The notes below the pieces were generated by a model. The model was not told the origin of the DNA, made no database searches, and saw only the letters and a program-made list of their open reading frames with translations. Below are positions 38,206 to 47,529 of a DNA stretch of 48,094 nucleotides, piece by piece (positions within the stretch are counted from its first letter, which is position 1; the number at the start of each line of letters is the position of its first letter). The stretch covers positions 5,529-53,622 of the forward strand of contig JACNJZ010000091.1 in assembly GCA_014382295.1 (NCBI GenBank), read 5' to 3'. This DNA is from Candidatus Desulfobia pelagia. Lineage in GTDB: Bacteria; Desulfobacterota; Desulfobulbia; Desulfobulbales; SURF-16. The position numbers were made by a program, and so were the translations under genes.

Positions 38206-38760
38206 ATGAGCGACGTTTTACTGACAATGATTGATAAAATGGGGAAAAGTATCGAGGCATACCGCCGCGATTTATCAAAAATAAGAACAGGCAGAGCCTC
38301 CCTTTCGATTCTTGATGGAATAAAAGTTGACTCCTATGGTTCCATGATGCCTCTTAACCAGGTAGCATCGCTGACCATACCCGAGAGCAGGTTAATAGTC
38401 ATTCAACCTTGGGACCCCCAGATTCTTCCTATTATTGAAAAAGCAATTCTCGCCTCCAATCTTGGCTTGACACCTGCCAGTGACGGCAAGATTATCCGGA
38501 TGTCCATACCGCAGCTCACCGAAGAAAGACGTAAGAACCTGGTCAAACAGGTCAAACAGATCAGCGAAGATTCTCGAGTTGCCATTCGAAACTGTCGCCG
38601 CGAGGCTATAGACACTTTTAAACAGCAGAAAAAAGACAAAGAAATCTCTGAAGATGATCTCTTCAAATATCAGGATGATGCACAGAAAGAAACCGATGCA
38701 TGCATCAAAAAAATAGACGACATCCTGCAAGAGAAAGAAAAAGAGGTCATGGAGGTTTGA
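38206..38760 (+). CDS. frr: ribosome recycling factor
   Basis: 'LSKIRTGRASLSILDGIKVDSYGS', 'IQPWD' and 'IPQLTEERRKNLVKQVK'. Confidence 0.95.
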   Translation: MSDVLLTMIDKMGKSIEAYRRDLSKIRTGRASLSILDGIKVDSYGSMMPLNQVASLTIPESRLIVIQPWDPQILPIIEKAILASNLGLTPASDGKIIRMSIPQLTEERRKNLVKQVKQISEDSRVAIRNCRREAIDTFKQQKKDKEISEDDLFKYQDDAQKETDACIKKIDDILQEKEKEVMEV

Positions 38761-38767
38761 CCGTCCT

Positions 38768-39526
38768 GTGTCATCACCTTCTTCCAAGCTAGACAGAAAC
38801 TCCCTGCCTGCCCATGTCGCCATCATCATGGACGGCAATGGCCGATGGGCCCAGAATCGCGGTTTAATGCGGCTCATGGGCCACCGCTCAGGTGTTAAAA
38901 CTGTCAAAAAGATTGTCACTGCAGCCAGGGAACTTGGCCTTCAGGTCCTGACACTCTATGCGTTCTCCAGTGAAAACTGGAAGCGGCCTGAGCAGGAAGT
39001 ATCCGGCCTGATGACGCTCCTCAAATCCTATCTGGAAAACGAACTCTCCACCATGCTTGATAATAATATCAAGCTTCGCTGCATGGGCAGAAAAGAACAG
39101 CTGCCGACAAAAGTCCGGGAGGTTCTCGACACTTCTATCCGAAAAACAGCCGGCAATACCGGACTGATACTTAATCTGGCTCTCAGTTATGGCGGCCGCA
39201 GTGAAATTGTACGTGCGGCCCGTATACTTGCCTCAAAATGCGCTGAGGGCACTTTGCACCCAGATGAAATTACGGAAGATCTACTCTCAGCTCATTTATA
39301 TTCAACCGGGCTTCCTGACCCGGACCTGGTGATTCGAACAGGGGGAGAATACCGGCTCAGCAATTTTCTTCTGTGGCAAGCATCGTATGCTGAAATATAT
39401 ATAACGGACACAAACTGGCCTGATTTCAGCAAAAATGATTTCCACCTTGCCCTGGAAAATTATCAGGAACGGCAGCGCCGTTTTGGCAGGACTGGAGACC
39501 AGGTACAAAAACAAGAACCTCTATGA
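38768..39526 (+). CDS. uppS: di-trans,poly-cis-undecaprenyl-diphosphate synthase
   Basis: 'HVAIIMDGNGRWA', 'LTLYAFSSENWKRP', 'IRTGGEYRLSNFLLWQASYAE' and a GTG start. Confidence 0.92.
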   Translation: MSSPSSKLDRNSLPAHVAIIMDGNGRWAQNRGLMRLMGHRSGVKTVKKIVTAARELGLQVLTLYAFSSENWKRPEQEVSGLMTLLKSYLENELSTMLDNNIKLRCMGRKEQLPTKVREVLDTSIRKTAGNTGLILNLALSYGGRSEIVRAARILASKCAEGTLHPDEITEDLLSAHLYSTGLPDPDLVIRTGGEYRLSNFLLWQASYAEIYITDTNWPDFSKNDFHLALENYQERQRRFGRTGDQVQKQEPL

Positions 39527-40320
39527 AACGAATAATCACAGGACTGCTTGTCGTCGCCTGCTGGCTTTTCCTGCTATACATAAACTCTTTTTTTCTTTTC
39601 TGGCTCGTTATCCTGATTGTCGGCGGGATAGGACTCGTAGAGTTCTTTTCCATTGCCGGCTCCAACAGTGAAAAATCCATACGGCCATTATTGATCGGCA
39701 TTTCCCTCCTGCCCCTTCTCTTTTCGTTCAGCCAGCAGCCTCTCCCAACTTATTGCGGTTTTTTCGTCGCATTTGCACTGACCGCTCTTTTAATTATATT
39801 TTCCTTTGCAAAACTCGAAAAACCTTTTGAAACCTTCATCAAAACCATCTTCGCCATTGCTTATGTCAGCTTTGCCAGTGCCCATCTCAATCTTATTATG
39901 GCCCTTGAAAACGGCGCGTACTGGATTCTGATTCTCACAACGATAACTGCAGCATCTGATTCCGGTGCCTATTTCGTCGGAAAAAATATCGGCAAACATA
40001 AATTATGCCCCAAACTCAGCCCGGGAAAAACCATTGAAGGTTTTCTGGGCGGACTATTTTTCGGAACACTTGGCGCCTGTGCTGCCGCATTGATTGTCTT
40101 TGATGAAATAAATATGATGCTCCTGGCTCTTGCCGCCATTGCCATATCTGCCCTGGGTGTTCTTGGAGACCTTACAGAATCAATGCTCAAACGAAGTATG
40201 CATGTCAAGGATTCAGGATCAATACTACCAGGTCATGGCGGCATACTGGACCGAGCGGATTCCCTATTAATGACAGCGCCGCTCTTTTACTACCTTCTCT
40301 ATTTTAATATTTTGCACTAA
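39523..40320 (+). CDS. cdsA: phosphatidate cytidylyltransferase
   Basis: 265-aa multi-TM protein with 'SDSGAYFVGKNIGKHKL.P..SPGKTIEGFLGG' and 'GDLTESMLKRSMHVKDSGSILPGHGGILDR.DS'. It has a 4-nt overlap with uppS. Confidence 0.9.
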   Translation: MKRIITGLLVVACWLFLLYINSFFLFWLVILIVGGIGLVEFFSIAGSNSEKSIRPLLIGISLLPLLFSFSQQPLPTYCGFFVAFALTALLIIFSFAKLEKPFETFIKTIFAIAYVSFASAHLNLIMALENGAYWILILTTITAASDSGAYFVGKNIGKHKLCPKLSPGKTIEGFLGGLFFGTLGACAAALIVFDEINMMLLALAAIAISALGVLGDLTESMLKRSMHVKDSGSILPGHGGILDRADSLLMTAPLFYYLLYFNILH

Positions 40321-40332
40321 AACACCACCGTT

Positions 40333-41529
40333 ATGCAGAAAAATATATCCCTGCTCGGCTCAACCGGCTCAATCGGACGAAATGTTCTTGAAGTTGTCCA
40401 TCAGTTTCCCGGCCGTTTTCGAATAGTAGGCCTAGCTGCCGGCACAAACATCTCTATCCTCCGTGACCAGATCGAAGCTTTCCAGCCGCAACTCGTTTCC
40501 GTTGCCACTGAAACCCTCGCCCATGAACTTGCACAGACTCTTCCGGCAAAATGGCAAGATAAGATTCTAACAGGACAGGAAGGCAACCAGCGTGTTGCCA
40601 CCCTGGAAGAGGCAGACACTGTCGTATCATCCATTGTCGGTGCTGCCGGCCTCCTGCCAACCCTTGCAGCTATCAAAGCCGGCAAAAACATTGCCCTGGC
40701 CAACAAGGAAACCCTTGTTATGGCAGGTGAACTGGTGATGCAGACGGTCAAAGACCATAATGTAAATCTGCTTCCCATCGACAGTGAACATAACGCTATT
40801 TTTCAGGCCCTTGCAGCCGGTCGCCAGGAGGATGTCCACAAGATTATTCTCACAGCCTCCGGTGGACCCTTTCGCGAAAAAAGTGAACGCGAATTATGGG
40901 ATGTTTCTCCTGAAGAGGCCTTGAACCATCCCAACTGGGATATGGGCAAAAAAATATCCATAGATTCTGCCACCCTTATGAACAAAGGCCTCGAAGTAAT
41001 AGAAGCCCGCTGGCTCTTTGACATTGATGTGGAACATATTGAAGTACTCGTGCATCCCCAAAGTATCGTTCATTCTCTTGTGGAATACATTGACGGCTCG
41101 GTTATTGCCCAGATGGGCATCCCGGACATGCGCATTCCCATTGCCTATGCACTGTCCTGGCCTGAGCGCCTGAAAACAGGTCTTTCCAGACTGAATCTTG
41201 CCAAGTGTATGGATTTAAATTTTCTGCCGCCTGATTTTAATCGTTTCCCGGCCCTGAAACTTGCGTACCAGGTCTGCAAACGCGGCGGCACATTACCAGC
41301 TGTGCTGAATGCCGCAAATGAAGTGGCAGTGGATTCTTTCCTTAACAAAAGAATACGGTTCCCTGAGATTTCACTGGTGGTGGCGGAAACCTTAAACCGT
41401 CTTCCATGTGAAGAAATACATAATGTGGAGTCAGTACTGGATGCAGATCTTTCAGCACGAATGCAGGCTGAATCTATTGTCGAGGCCTTTCAAATGCATT
41501 ACCAGCAGCGTATCGGAAAAGAAATGTAA
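40333..41529 (+). CDS. dxr: 1-deoxy-D-xylulose-5-phosphate reductoisomerase
   Basis: 'ISLLGSTGSIG', 'LANKETLVMAG', 'PIDSEHNAIFQ', 'LTASGGPFR', 'NHPNWDMGKKISIDSATLMNKGLEVIEA'. Confidence 0.95.
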   Translation: MQKNISLLGSTGSIGRNVLEVVHQFPGRFRIVGLAAGTNISILRDQIEAFQPQLVSVATETLAHELAQTLPAKWQDKILTGQEGNQRVATLEEADTVVSSIVGAAGLLPTLAAIKAGKNIALANKETLVMAGELVMQTVKDHNVNLLPIDSEHNAIFQALAAGRQEDVHKIILTASGGPFREKSERELWDVSPEEALNHPNWDMGKKISIDSATLMNKGLEVIEARWLFDIDVEHIEVLVHPQSIVHSLVEYIDGSVIAQMGIPDMRIPIAYALSWPERLKTGLSRLNLAKCMDLNFLPPDFNRFPALKLAYQVCKRGGTLPAVLNAANEVAVDSFLNKRIRFPEISLVVAETLNRLPCEEIHNVESVLDADLSARMQAESIVEAFQMHYQQRIGKEM

Positions 41530-41609
41530 CTTTTACAAAAAAGGCTCTAAGATCAATTAATTACAAAGCCTTCCACTTGTAAACACACCATAACCCCTTG
41601 TATCTTCTC

Positions 41610-42686
41610 ATGAATACTATTCTTTCTTTTATCATTGTTCTCGGCATACTTATTTTCGTCCACGAACTTGGACATTTCCTTGTGGCCAAACTCTGTAATG
41701 TCAAAGTTCTAAAATTTTCTCTGGGCTTTGGTCCTAAAGTATTTGGACGGCATTACGGCGATACAGAATATCTGATCAGCGCGTTTCCCCTGGGTGGTTA
41801 TGTTAAAATGTGCGGCGAAAACACTGAAGAGGAAGTAACCTCTGAAGATCTTCCCCATTCCTTTTCCCATAAAACCGTCTGGCAAAGGTTTCTTATTGTT
41901 CTGGCCGGACCTGTATTTAATATCCTCTTTGCTGTATTTCTCTTTTTCCTGATTTTCTCCATTGCCGGCCTGCCTGTTCCAAAGTCCGGTACAGAAATCG
42001 GCAGCATTACAGTTGACTCCCCTGCACAAACCGCTGGTCTGAAGGCCGGTGACATCATCCTGGCCATTAATGGCCAGGAGACCACGGAATGGTCTGATGT
42101 TTCCCGTCTCATCAAAGAAAGTGAAGGAAACCCCACTGTAATGGCGATATTCAGGGATGGTGCCGAACTCGTTGTTACCGGTCAGGCCGAAATCCAGGAG
42201 GTCAAAAATATTTTCGGGGAAGTCGTGGACGAGCGATTCATGCTGGGAATCTCTCGCAGTACAGAGGTCATATACGAAAAGGCGTCACTTGTTGATGCCT
42301 TTCTCGCTGGAATTTCTCAGACGTGGATGTATATCTATCTCACCATGATGGGTATTATTAAAATTGTGCAGCAGGTTGTTCCGGCCAGTGAACTTGGCGG
42401 CCCTATTCTTATTGCCCAAATGGCCGGTCAGCAAATGGAAGCAGGTTGGGTGAACCTCTTTTTCTTTATGGGTCTCGTCAGCGTTAACCTCGGCATTCTC
42501 AACTTGTTCCCAATCCCCATTCTGGACGGAGGTCATCTTGTTTTCTTCTCCCTGGAAGCGATCCGACGTAAACCTCTTGAAAAGAAGACCATGGAGAAAT
42601 TTCAGCAGTTCGGACTTCTCCTTCTTGGCAGTCTGATGATCTTTGTCTTCTACAACGACATCGTCCGAATATTTACCAGAGGGTAA
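41610..42686 (+). CDS. rseP: RIP (site-2) zinc metalloprotease
   Basis: 'FVHELGHFLVAK' (HExxH), a PDZ segment 'PAQTAGLKAGDIILAING' and 'NLFPIPILDGGHL'. The ATG at 41610 is preferred over the TTG at 41598. Confidence 0.9.
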   Translation: MNTILSFIIVLGILIFVHELGHFLVAKLCNVKVLKFSLGFGPKVFGRHYGDTEYLISAFPLGGYVKMCGENTEEEVTSEDLPHSFSHKTVWQRFLIVLAGPVFNILFAVFLFFLIFSIAGLPVPKSGTEIGSITVDSPAQTAGLKAGDIILAINGQETTEWSDVSRLIKESEGNPTVMAIFRDGAELVVTGQAEIQEVKNIFGEVVDERFMLGISRSTEVIYEKASLVDAFLAGISQTWMYIYLTMMGIIKIVQQVVPASELGGPILIAQMAGQQMEAGWVNLFFFMGLVSVNLGILNLFPIPILDGGHLVFFSLEAIRRKPLEKKTMEKFQQFGLLLLGSLMIFVFYNDIVRIFTRG

Positions 42687-42692
42687 AGGGAA

Positions 42693-43418
42693 ATGGCCCC
42701 TATCATCAAGGCTCCTGTCTACACCTCCCCTGTTATTCTTGCTATTGAAAATACAGGAATATGCGGTAGTGTTGCCCTGGTCTCTTCCTCTCAATGTATC
42801 GGTGAACACAGCCTGCAGACCCGACTCACCCATTCAAAACGGCTGCTCTCTTCGATATCATATCTAATGGAAGAGGCACAGCTCGACTGGAAACAGCTTG
42901 ATGCCATTGCCATCAGTCTTGGACCTGGAAGCTTTACAGGCCTTCGTATTGGGCTGAGTACCGTAAAAGGATTATCCTTAGCCGGCTCCATTCCACTCAT
43001 TGGCGTTCCTACTCTGGAAGCCATGGCATATCCGTTCAGCTATGCCACACACCAGATCTGTTCGATTATCGATGCCCGAAAAAAAGAGGTGTATACTGCA
43101 TTATTTCGTCCTGATGCACATGGCTCACTTCACCGTCTTTCAGAAGATATGGTTATTTCTCCGGAAGAACTCGCCCGGAAAATCACTACCCCTACTCTCC
43201 TGATCGGTGACGGTGCTGCGCTTTACAGCGACCTGTTCAACAATCTTCTCGGACCCAATGCCATTTTCCCATCACCACACCTTTCTTTTCCTCGAGCCGT
43301 TCATATAGGTTTTCACGCCATTCCCCTCTGGGAACGGAAAGAATTCCTCGATCCATCCAGTGCCGCCCCAATTTATATCCGTCCCTCTGACGCGGAGACA
43401 CATGCAAACAAAAGCTGA
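42693..43418 (+). CDS. tsaB: tRNA t6A37 biosynthesis protein TsaB
   Basis: 'ILAIENTGICGSVAL', 'LDAIAISLGPGSFTGLRIGLSTVKGLSLA' and 'PIYIRPSDAE'. Confidence 0.85.
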   Translation: MAPIIKAPVYTSPVILAIENTGICGSVALVSSSQCIGEHSLQTRLTHSKRLLSSISYLMEEAQLDWKQLDAIAISLGPGSFTGLRIGLSTVKGLSLAGSIPLIGVPTLEAMAYPFSYATHQICSIIDARKKEVYTALFRPDAHGSLHRLSEDMVISPEELARKITTPTLLIGDGAALYSDLFNNLLGPNAIFPSPHLSFPRAVHIGFHAIPLWERKEFLDPSSAAPIYIRPSDAETHANKS

Positions 43419-43548
43419 TATTTACTATTAGGCACCTTGAATAATTGCTTTTAAGGTTACCTTTGATTGACAGCTCAAAGTCAGTGCTTATTTTTTTTAA
43501 AAGATGAGTGTAAGCAGAACAAAAAAATTCACCGGGAGGAGGCGTATC

Positions 43549-43962
43549 ATGGCGTATACAATTCAGAAGGTCGATTACTATTACACAACTGTCAGAGATC
43601 AACCCGGAGAAGCTTTTAAGCTGCTGACCATTCTCGAAGAACTCGGATTGAATCTCCTTGCTTTTACTGCTGTTCCAGTTGGCCCCAACTCCACTCAACT
43701 GGCAATCTTCCCTGAAGATGTGGACAAATTCAAACACGAAGCACAGAATGCACAAATGCTGCTCGATGGCCCCCACAAGGCTTTTCTCGTTCAGGGAGAT
43801 GACCAGCTTGGAGCCCTTGCTCCCATCCACAAGAAGCTGTTTGCCGCCAATGTAAACATTTATTCCTCAAGCGGTGTTGCAGACAGTAAAGGAAGTTACG
43901 GTTATATCGTCTACGTCAAGCCTGATGATTTCGGCAGAGCCGTTGCCGCTCTTGATCTTTAA
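43549..43962 (+). CDS. small ACT-domain-like protein
   Basis: 137 aa from the ATG at 43549, with GGAGGAGG upstream. It has two beta-alpha-beta-beta-alpha-beta-like halves ('TVRDQPGEAFKLLTILEELGLNLLAF...' and 'VQGDDQLGALAPIHKKLFAANVNIYS'). The assignment is tentative. Confidence 0.5.
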   Translation: MAYTIQKVDYYYTTVRDQPGEAFKLLTILEELGLNLLAFTAVPVGPNSTQLAIFPEDVDKFKHEAQNAQMLLDGPHKAFLVQGDDQLGALAPIHKKLFAANVNIYSSSGVADSKGSYGYIVYVKPDDFGRAVAALDL

Positions 43963-44004
43963 GGAGCCTTTAACAAAAAGTGACACACTCATAAAAAGGC
44001 AGGG

Positions 44005-44463
44005 ATGATGGAAGATCTGACATTATTGCTTCCCCTGAAGACGAAAGTGAAAAGTGGGGAAAAAGCCATCATTTCCTGCCCGTATTGCGACAGAAAACAC
44101 TCCGTCGTTCCTGCTGTCATCAAACGCTATTACCTGAAAGAATTTAAGGTTCAGTGCGACTGCAAAGAATCATTCAATGTAAAGTTCGAAGTAGCAAAAA
44201 CAAGTATTCACGACTATGACGTGACTGTCACCAGTCCCCAGAGCGATCACATTCTCAGGAATATCAACATTCAGCTTCTGAATGAAAACAACCTTCATTT
44301 CACCTGCAAAGAACAACTCAACATCAGGAAAGGCCAGAAACTCCGGATTGCTATCGCCTCCCCTACTCACCGTACCCGGCCTATTCAAGCAAATGCTATC
44401 GTCAGGCTGGTCCGCGGCCATTTTGTCAGTTGCTTTTTCACCAAGACAATAGATCTTCCCTGA
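44005..44463 (+). CDS. hypothetical protein with an N-terminal zinc-ribbon-like CxxC...CxC and a C-terminal PilZ-like barrel (tentative)
   Basis: 152-aa ORF with 'ISCPYCDRKH...VQCDCKESF'. No secure family is recognised. Confidence 0.45.
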   Translation: MMEDLTLLLPLKTKVKSGEKAIISCPYCDRKHSVVPAVIKRYYLKEFKVQCDCKESFNVKFEVAKTSIHDYDVTVTSPQSDHILRNINIQLLNENNLHFTCKEQLNIRKGQKLRIAIASPTHRTRPIQANAIVRLVRGHFVSCFFTKTIDLP

Positions 44464-44487
44464 AAAAACCTATACTTTTGTAAATCC

Positions 44488-44515
44488 TTGACAGCAAATG
44501 TAAACATGTTATGTT
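44488..44515 (+). promoter_or_regulatory. sigma70-like lexA promoter
   Basis: TTGACA (44488-44493), N16, TATGTT (44510-44515), 57 nt upstream of the lexA ATG. The spacer and -10 lie inside the palindrome below. Confidence 0.45.
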
Positions 44516-44523
44516 TACATTTG
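44495..44523. promoter_or_regulatory. candidate LexA operator (SOS box): 13-bp perfect inverted repeat with a 3-nt spacer
   Basis: CAAATGTAAACAT-gtt-ATGTTTACATTTG was read directly. It overlaps the putative promoter of lexA, the usual position for autoregulation. Confidence 0.6.
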
Positions 44524-44571
44524 TCACATTTACTCATCCAAAACAAGTAAAATCAGACTTACCATACTCGC

Positions 44572-45216
44572 ATGATACCCAAAGACCTTACCCAGAAACA
44601 ACACCAGACGCTTATTTACCTGGAAAAACAGATGAGGGAGCAGGGAGCGATCCCAAGCCTCCGCCAGGCGGCAAATGATCTTGGAGTCAGCCATACCGCA
44701 GTCTCCCAGATGATCAAAGCCCTCGAAAAAAAAGGGTATGTCCAGCGGGCTGGGCATTACAGCAGAGAAATACGCCTGCTTGAAAAAGGAAAAACCAGGA
44801 CGCAGACAGCCCATCGCGGCCGCGAAGTGGCAGTAATTGGCAGAATTACCGCCGGACTGCCCATGTATGCCCAACAGGAGTATGACGAGGCTGTGCTGGT
44901 CGATGGAGATCTCTTTCGTGGGCCCAATCTTTTTGCCCTGCGGATCAAAGGAGACTCCATGAAAGACGCCGGCATATTCCATGGAGACTTGGTGATCTGT
45001 GAACCCCGGCAGTATGCCGCCAACGGTGAAATTGTTGTTGCCCTGATCAACAATGAAGAAGCCACGGTCAAACGTTTCTTCCTCAGGGATGACATCATAG
45101 AACTGCATCCGGAAAATGAGGCCTACTCGATAATACGCTGTAATTTAGGGGAAGTCCTTATTCAGGGCAAGGTCGTCGGCCTGGTCCGCGGACCTGAACA
45201 GGCTGACAGGTTATGA
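44572..45216 (+). CDS. lexA: LexA repressor
   Basis: 214 aa with the wHTH 'IPSLRQAANDLGVSHTAVSQMIKALEKKGYV', the cleavage-site region 'VIGRITAGLP', the catalytic Ser 'IKGDSMKDAGI' and the Lys 'EATVKRFF'. Confidence 0.92.
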   Translation: MIPKDLTQKQHQTLIYLEKQMREQGAIPSLRQAANDLGVSHTAVSQMIKALEKKGYVQRAGHYSREIRLLEKGKTRTQTAHRGREVAVIGRITAGLPMYAQQEYDEAVLVDGDLFRGPNLFALRIKGDSMKDAGIFHGDLVICEPRQYAANGEIVVALINNEEATVKRFFLRDDIIELHPENEAYSIIRCNLGEVLIQGKVVGLVRGPEQADRL

Positions 45217-45219
45217 AAT

Positions 45220-46392
45220 ATGGAGCGATCGATTATCCACCTGAATGTCGCAGACTTTGCTGTCGCCATAGAGAAACTCCTTGATCGATCTCTCTGTAAT
45301 CAGCCGGTTATCGTCACAACAGCCCGATCCTCACGGCCTGTTGTCCATGACATGAGTGAAGAAGCCTTCCATGAGGGAGTCCGAAAAGGCATGTTGCTGA
45401 AAGAGGCCCGTCGTCTCTGCAGGAAAGCAGTTCTCAAGGAGACACAGCCGAAAATCTATCAAAAAGCAATGCGGGGAATGCTGCGGCAGGCGCTTCCTTA
45501 TACTCCTCTTGTTGAAGCAGGAAACCATGACGGCCACCTCTTTATGGATGTCTCCGGCACCGGCAGGCTTTTCGGACAGCCATCCGACATTGCATGCCGC
45601 ATAAGGAAGAGCACACAAAATTATCTTGGTCTGAATCCTATCTGGACGGTGGCAACCAATAAACTGGTGGCCAAAGCGGCGAGCCGCCTGGTCAAGCCGT
45701 CTGGGGAATATATTGTTGCCGCGGGAACAGAAGATACCTTTCTTGCACCGCTGCCGCTCTCCCTTCTGCCCGGTCTCTTTCGGCGGGAACTGATCCGGAT
45801 GCAGGAATTCAACCTACGCATCACAGGCCAGGCCGCAGCTCTTTCACTTTCCCAGTTAATGATTCCTTTCGGAAAAAGAGCTGAGAAAATCTATTGCGCT
45901 GTTCGCGGCATTGATTCCACGCCGGTATTTTCCATGGCCCGGACGCCGCCGAAAATATGCGTGGAACACTTTTTCGCTCATGAAAGCAATGACTGGAACC
46001 TGGCACTGACAGTGCTCTTCAAACTTGCCGAGAAAGCAGGAAGAAGGCTGCGATACCGGAATCTTACGGCAAGACAGATCAGCATCTTCCTGGAATACGC
46101 AGACAGACAACAGGCAGTACGACAAACCACGGTCAAAAAAGGCCTCTGTCATGACGACACTCTTTTCTGTCTGGCCCGGACTATTCTGCAGCGGGCATGG
46201 ACACGCAGGGTCCAGCTGCGCTGTCTCCGCCTTACCTGTGACAAACTGACAATACCGTCACCCCAGGCGTGTCTTTTTCCGGAAGAGAAAAAACATACTG
46301 TGCGCCAGCAGAATTTAACCTCCGCACTTGACCGCATACGGGGACGACACGGCGAAGCCAGCATCAGGCATGCTCGCTGCTTTGCCTATTAA
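45220..46392 (+). CDS. imuB: Y-family DNA-polymerase-like protein lacking catalytic carboxylates (ImuB-like)
   Basis: 390 aa starting 3 nt after lexA. Its 'IIHLNVADFAVAIE' compares with E. coli DinB 'IIHVDMDCFFAAVE', and 'NHDGHLFMDVSGT' compares with 'LSLDEAYLDVTDS'. The first Asp and the Glu of the D/D/E triad are replaced by N and G. The rest of the Y-family palm/fingers pattern is present ('VATNKLVAKAASRLVKPSG'). Confidence 0.7.
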   Translation: MERSIIHLNVADFAVAIEKLLDRSLCNQPVIVTTARSSRPVVHDMSEEAFHEGVRKGMLLKEARRLCRKAVLKETQPKIYQKAMRGMLRQALPYTPLVEAGNHDGHLFMDVSGTGRLFGQPSDIACRIRKSTQNYLGLNPIWTVATNKLVAKAASRLVKPSGEYIVAAGTEDTFLAPLPLSLLPGLFRRELIRMQEFNLRITGQAAALSLSQLMIPFGKRAEKIYCAVRGIDSTPVFSMARTPPKICVEHFFAHESNDWNLALTVLFKLAEKAGRRLRYRNLTARQISIFLEYADRQQAVRQTTVKKGLCHDDTLFCLARTILQRAWTRRVQLRCLRLTCDKLTIPSPQACLFPEEKKHTVRQQNLTSALDRIRGRHGEASIRHARCFAY

Positions 46393-46407
46393 AAAAAGGG
46401 AAATCTC

Positions 46408-47511
46408 ATGCTTAATACGCACTTTCATTTTCATTCACCGGTCAAGGCCCATTTCGGCTCAGGAAGCAGGTCTCTCCTTCCTGAACTCATGAAAAGCTAT
46501 GCCCGAATCGGCATAATCTCGGGAAAAAGCTCTCTTGACACGACCGGTATGCGTTCGTTTCTTAAAAAAGAGCTGCACGACAAAGAACTCTCTTTTTTTT
46601 GCGCAATAGAGCCAAATCCCTCCATTGCCACGGTGGTGCAGGGCGGCAATTTCATCAATGACCAAAGCTGCCAGGCCATTGTCGCTGTCGGCGGCGGCAG
46701 CGCCCTTGATGCAGCAAAAGCCATTGCAGCGCTTTGCACAAACAGGGATGACTTCCACCAGCTTATCAAGCAGAATGTCTTTCCGGAACAGCCGCTGCCT
46801 GTGGTGGCAATACCGACTACCTGCGGAACAGGCAGTGAAATGAACCACTATGCCATCATCACGGACACTGCCCACAGGGACAAGCTAAACTTTTCCGCAG
46901 AAAACACTTTCCCCAGCCACGCACTGCTTGATCCGGAGCTGCTTCGTTCCCTCAGCAAAAATCTCATCCTTGCAACAGCATGTGACGCACTGACCCATGC
47001 CCTGGAAGGATTCATCTCAAAAAGGGCCAATCCATTTTCCGACACCCTGGCTCTCCATGCCATGGAGCGCCTTATTGCGACGCTTACCTCACGCCAGGCA
47101 CCTGAGGCAGATGACTCTCTTGCCTCATTTCTCTATGCTTCATCCCTGGCAGGTGCGGTAATCCTCCATACCGGCACAACCCTTCTCCACTCTCTGGGGT
47201 ACTACCTGACAAACCATAAAAACATCCACCATGGCACAGCCAACGTTATCCTGCTTCCATATTTTCTCAAAATGCTGTCTGCCCATAATGTTGCCAAACA
47301 TGAACATATTGCATCCCTTTTTGATCGATATGATCTGCGGCTGGATTCTATTATCACCGCATTAGGCTGCCCTTCCTGCCTCCAAGACATAGTCCCTGAT
47401 GACGAACTGGAGACAATGGTCGCATATGCCATAGCCAATAAAAATGCTCTTTCTACTCCTTTCCCGGTGGAAAAAAGAGATGTTCTGGATATTTTGTCAC
47501 ATCCCGTCTAA
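46408..47511 (+). CDS. iron-containing (class III) alcohol dehydrogenase family protein
   Basis: 367 aa with 'IVAVGGGSALDAAKAIA', 'PVVAIPTTCGTGSE', 'ACDALTHALEGF' and 'HSLGYYL...HHGTANVILLP'. It lies 15 nt after imuB and 18 nt before dnaE2. Confidence 0.85.
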   Translation: MLNTHFHFHSPVKAHFGSGSRSLLPELMKSYARIGIISGKSSLDTTGMRSFLKKELHDKELSFFCAIEPNPSIATVVQGGNFINDQSCQAIVAVGGGSALDAAKAIAALCTNRDDFHQLIKQNVFPEQPLPVVAIPTTCGTGSEMNHYAIITDTAHRDKLNFSAENTFPSHALLDPELLRSLSKNLILATACDALTHALEGFISKRANPFSDTLALHAMERLIATLTSRQAPEADDSLASFLYASSLAGAVILHTGTTLLHSLGYYLTNHKNIHHGTANVILLPYFLKMLSAHNVAKHEHIASLFDRYDLRLDSIITALGCPSCLQDIVPDDELETMVAYAIANKNALSTPFPVEKRDVLDILSHPV

Positions 47512-47529
47512 GGACCACCTTTCAATGAA

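Noticed and set aside
38392-38919. 175-aa minus-strand ORF
   Set aside because: It is antisense to frr and uppS.
43237-43830. 197-aa minus-strand ORF
   Set aside because: It is antisense to tsaB and the ACT-like gene, and it spans their intergenic region.
44530-45108. 192-aa minus-strand ORF
   Set aside because: It is antisense to lexA, which is unambiguous.
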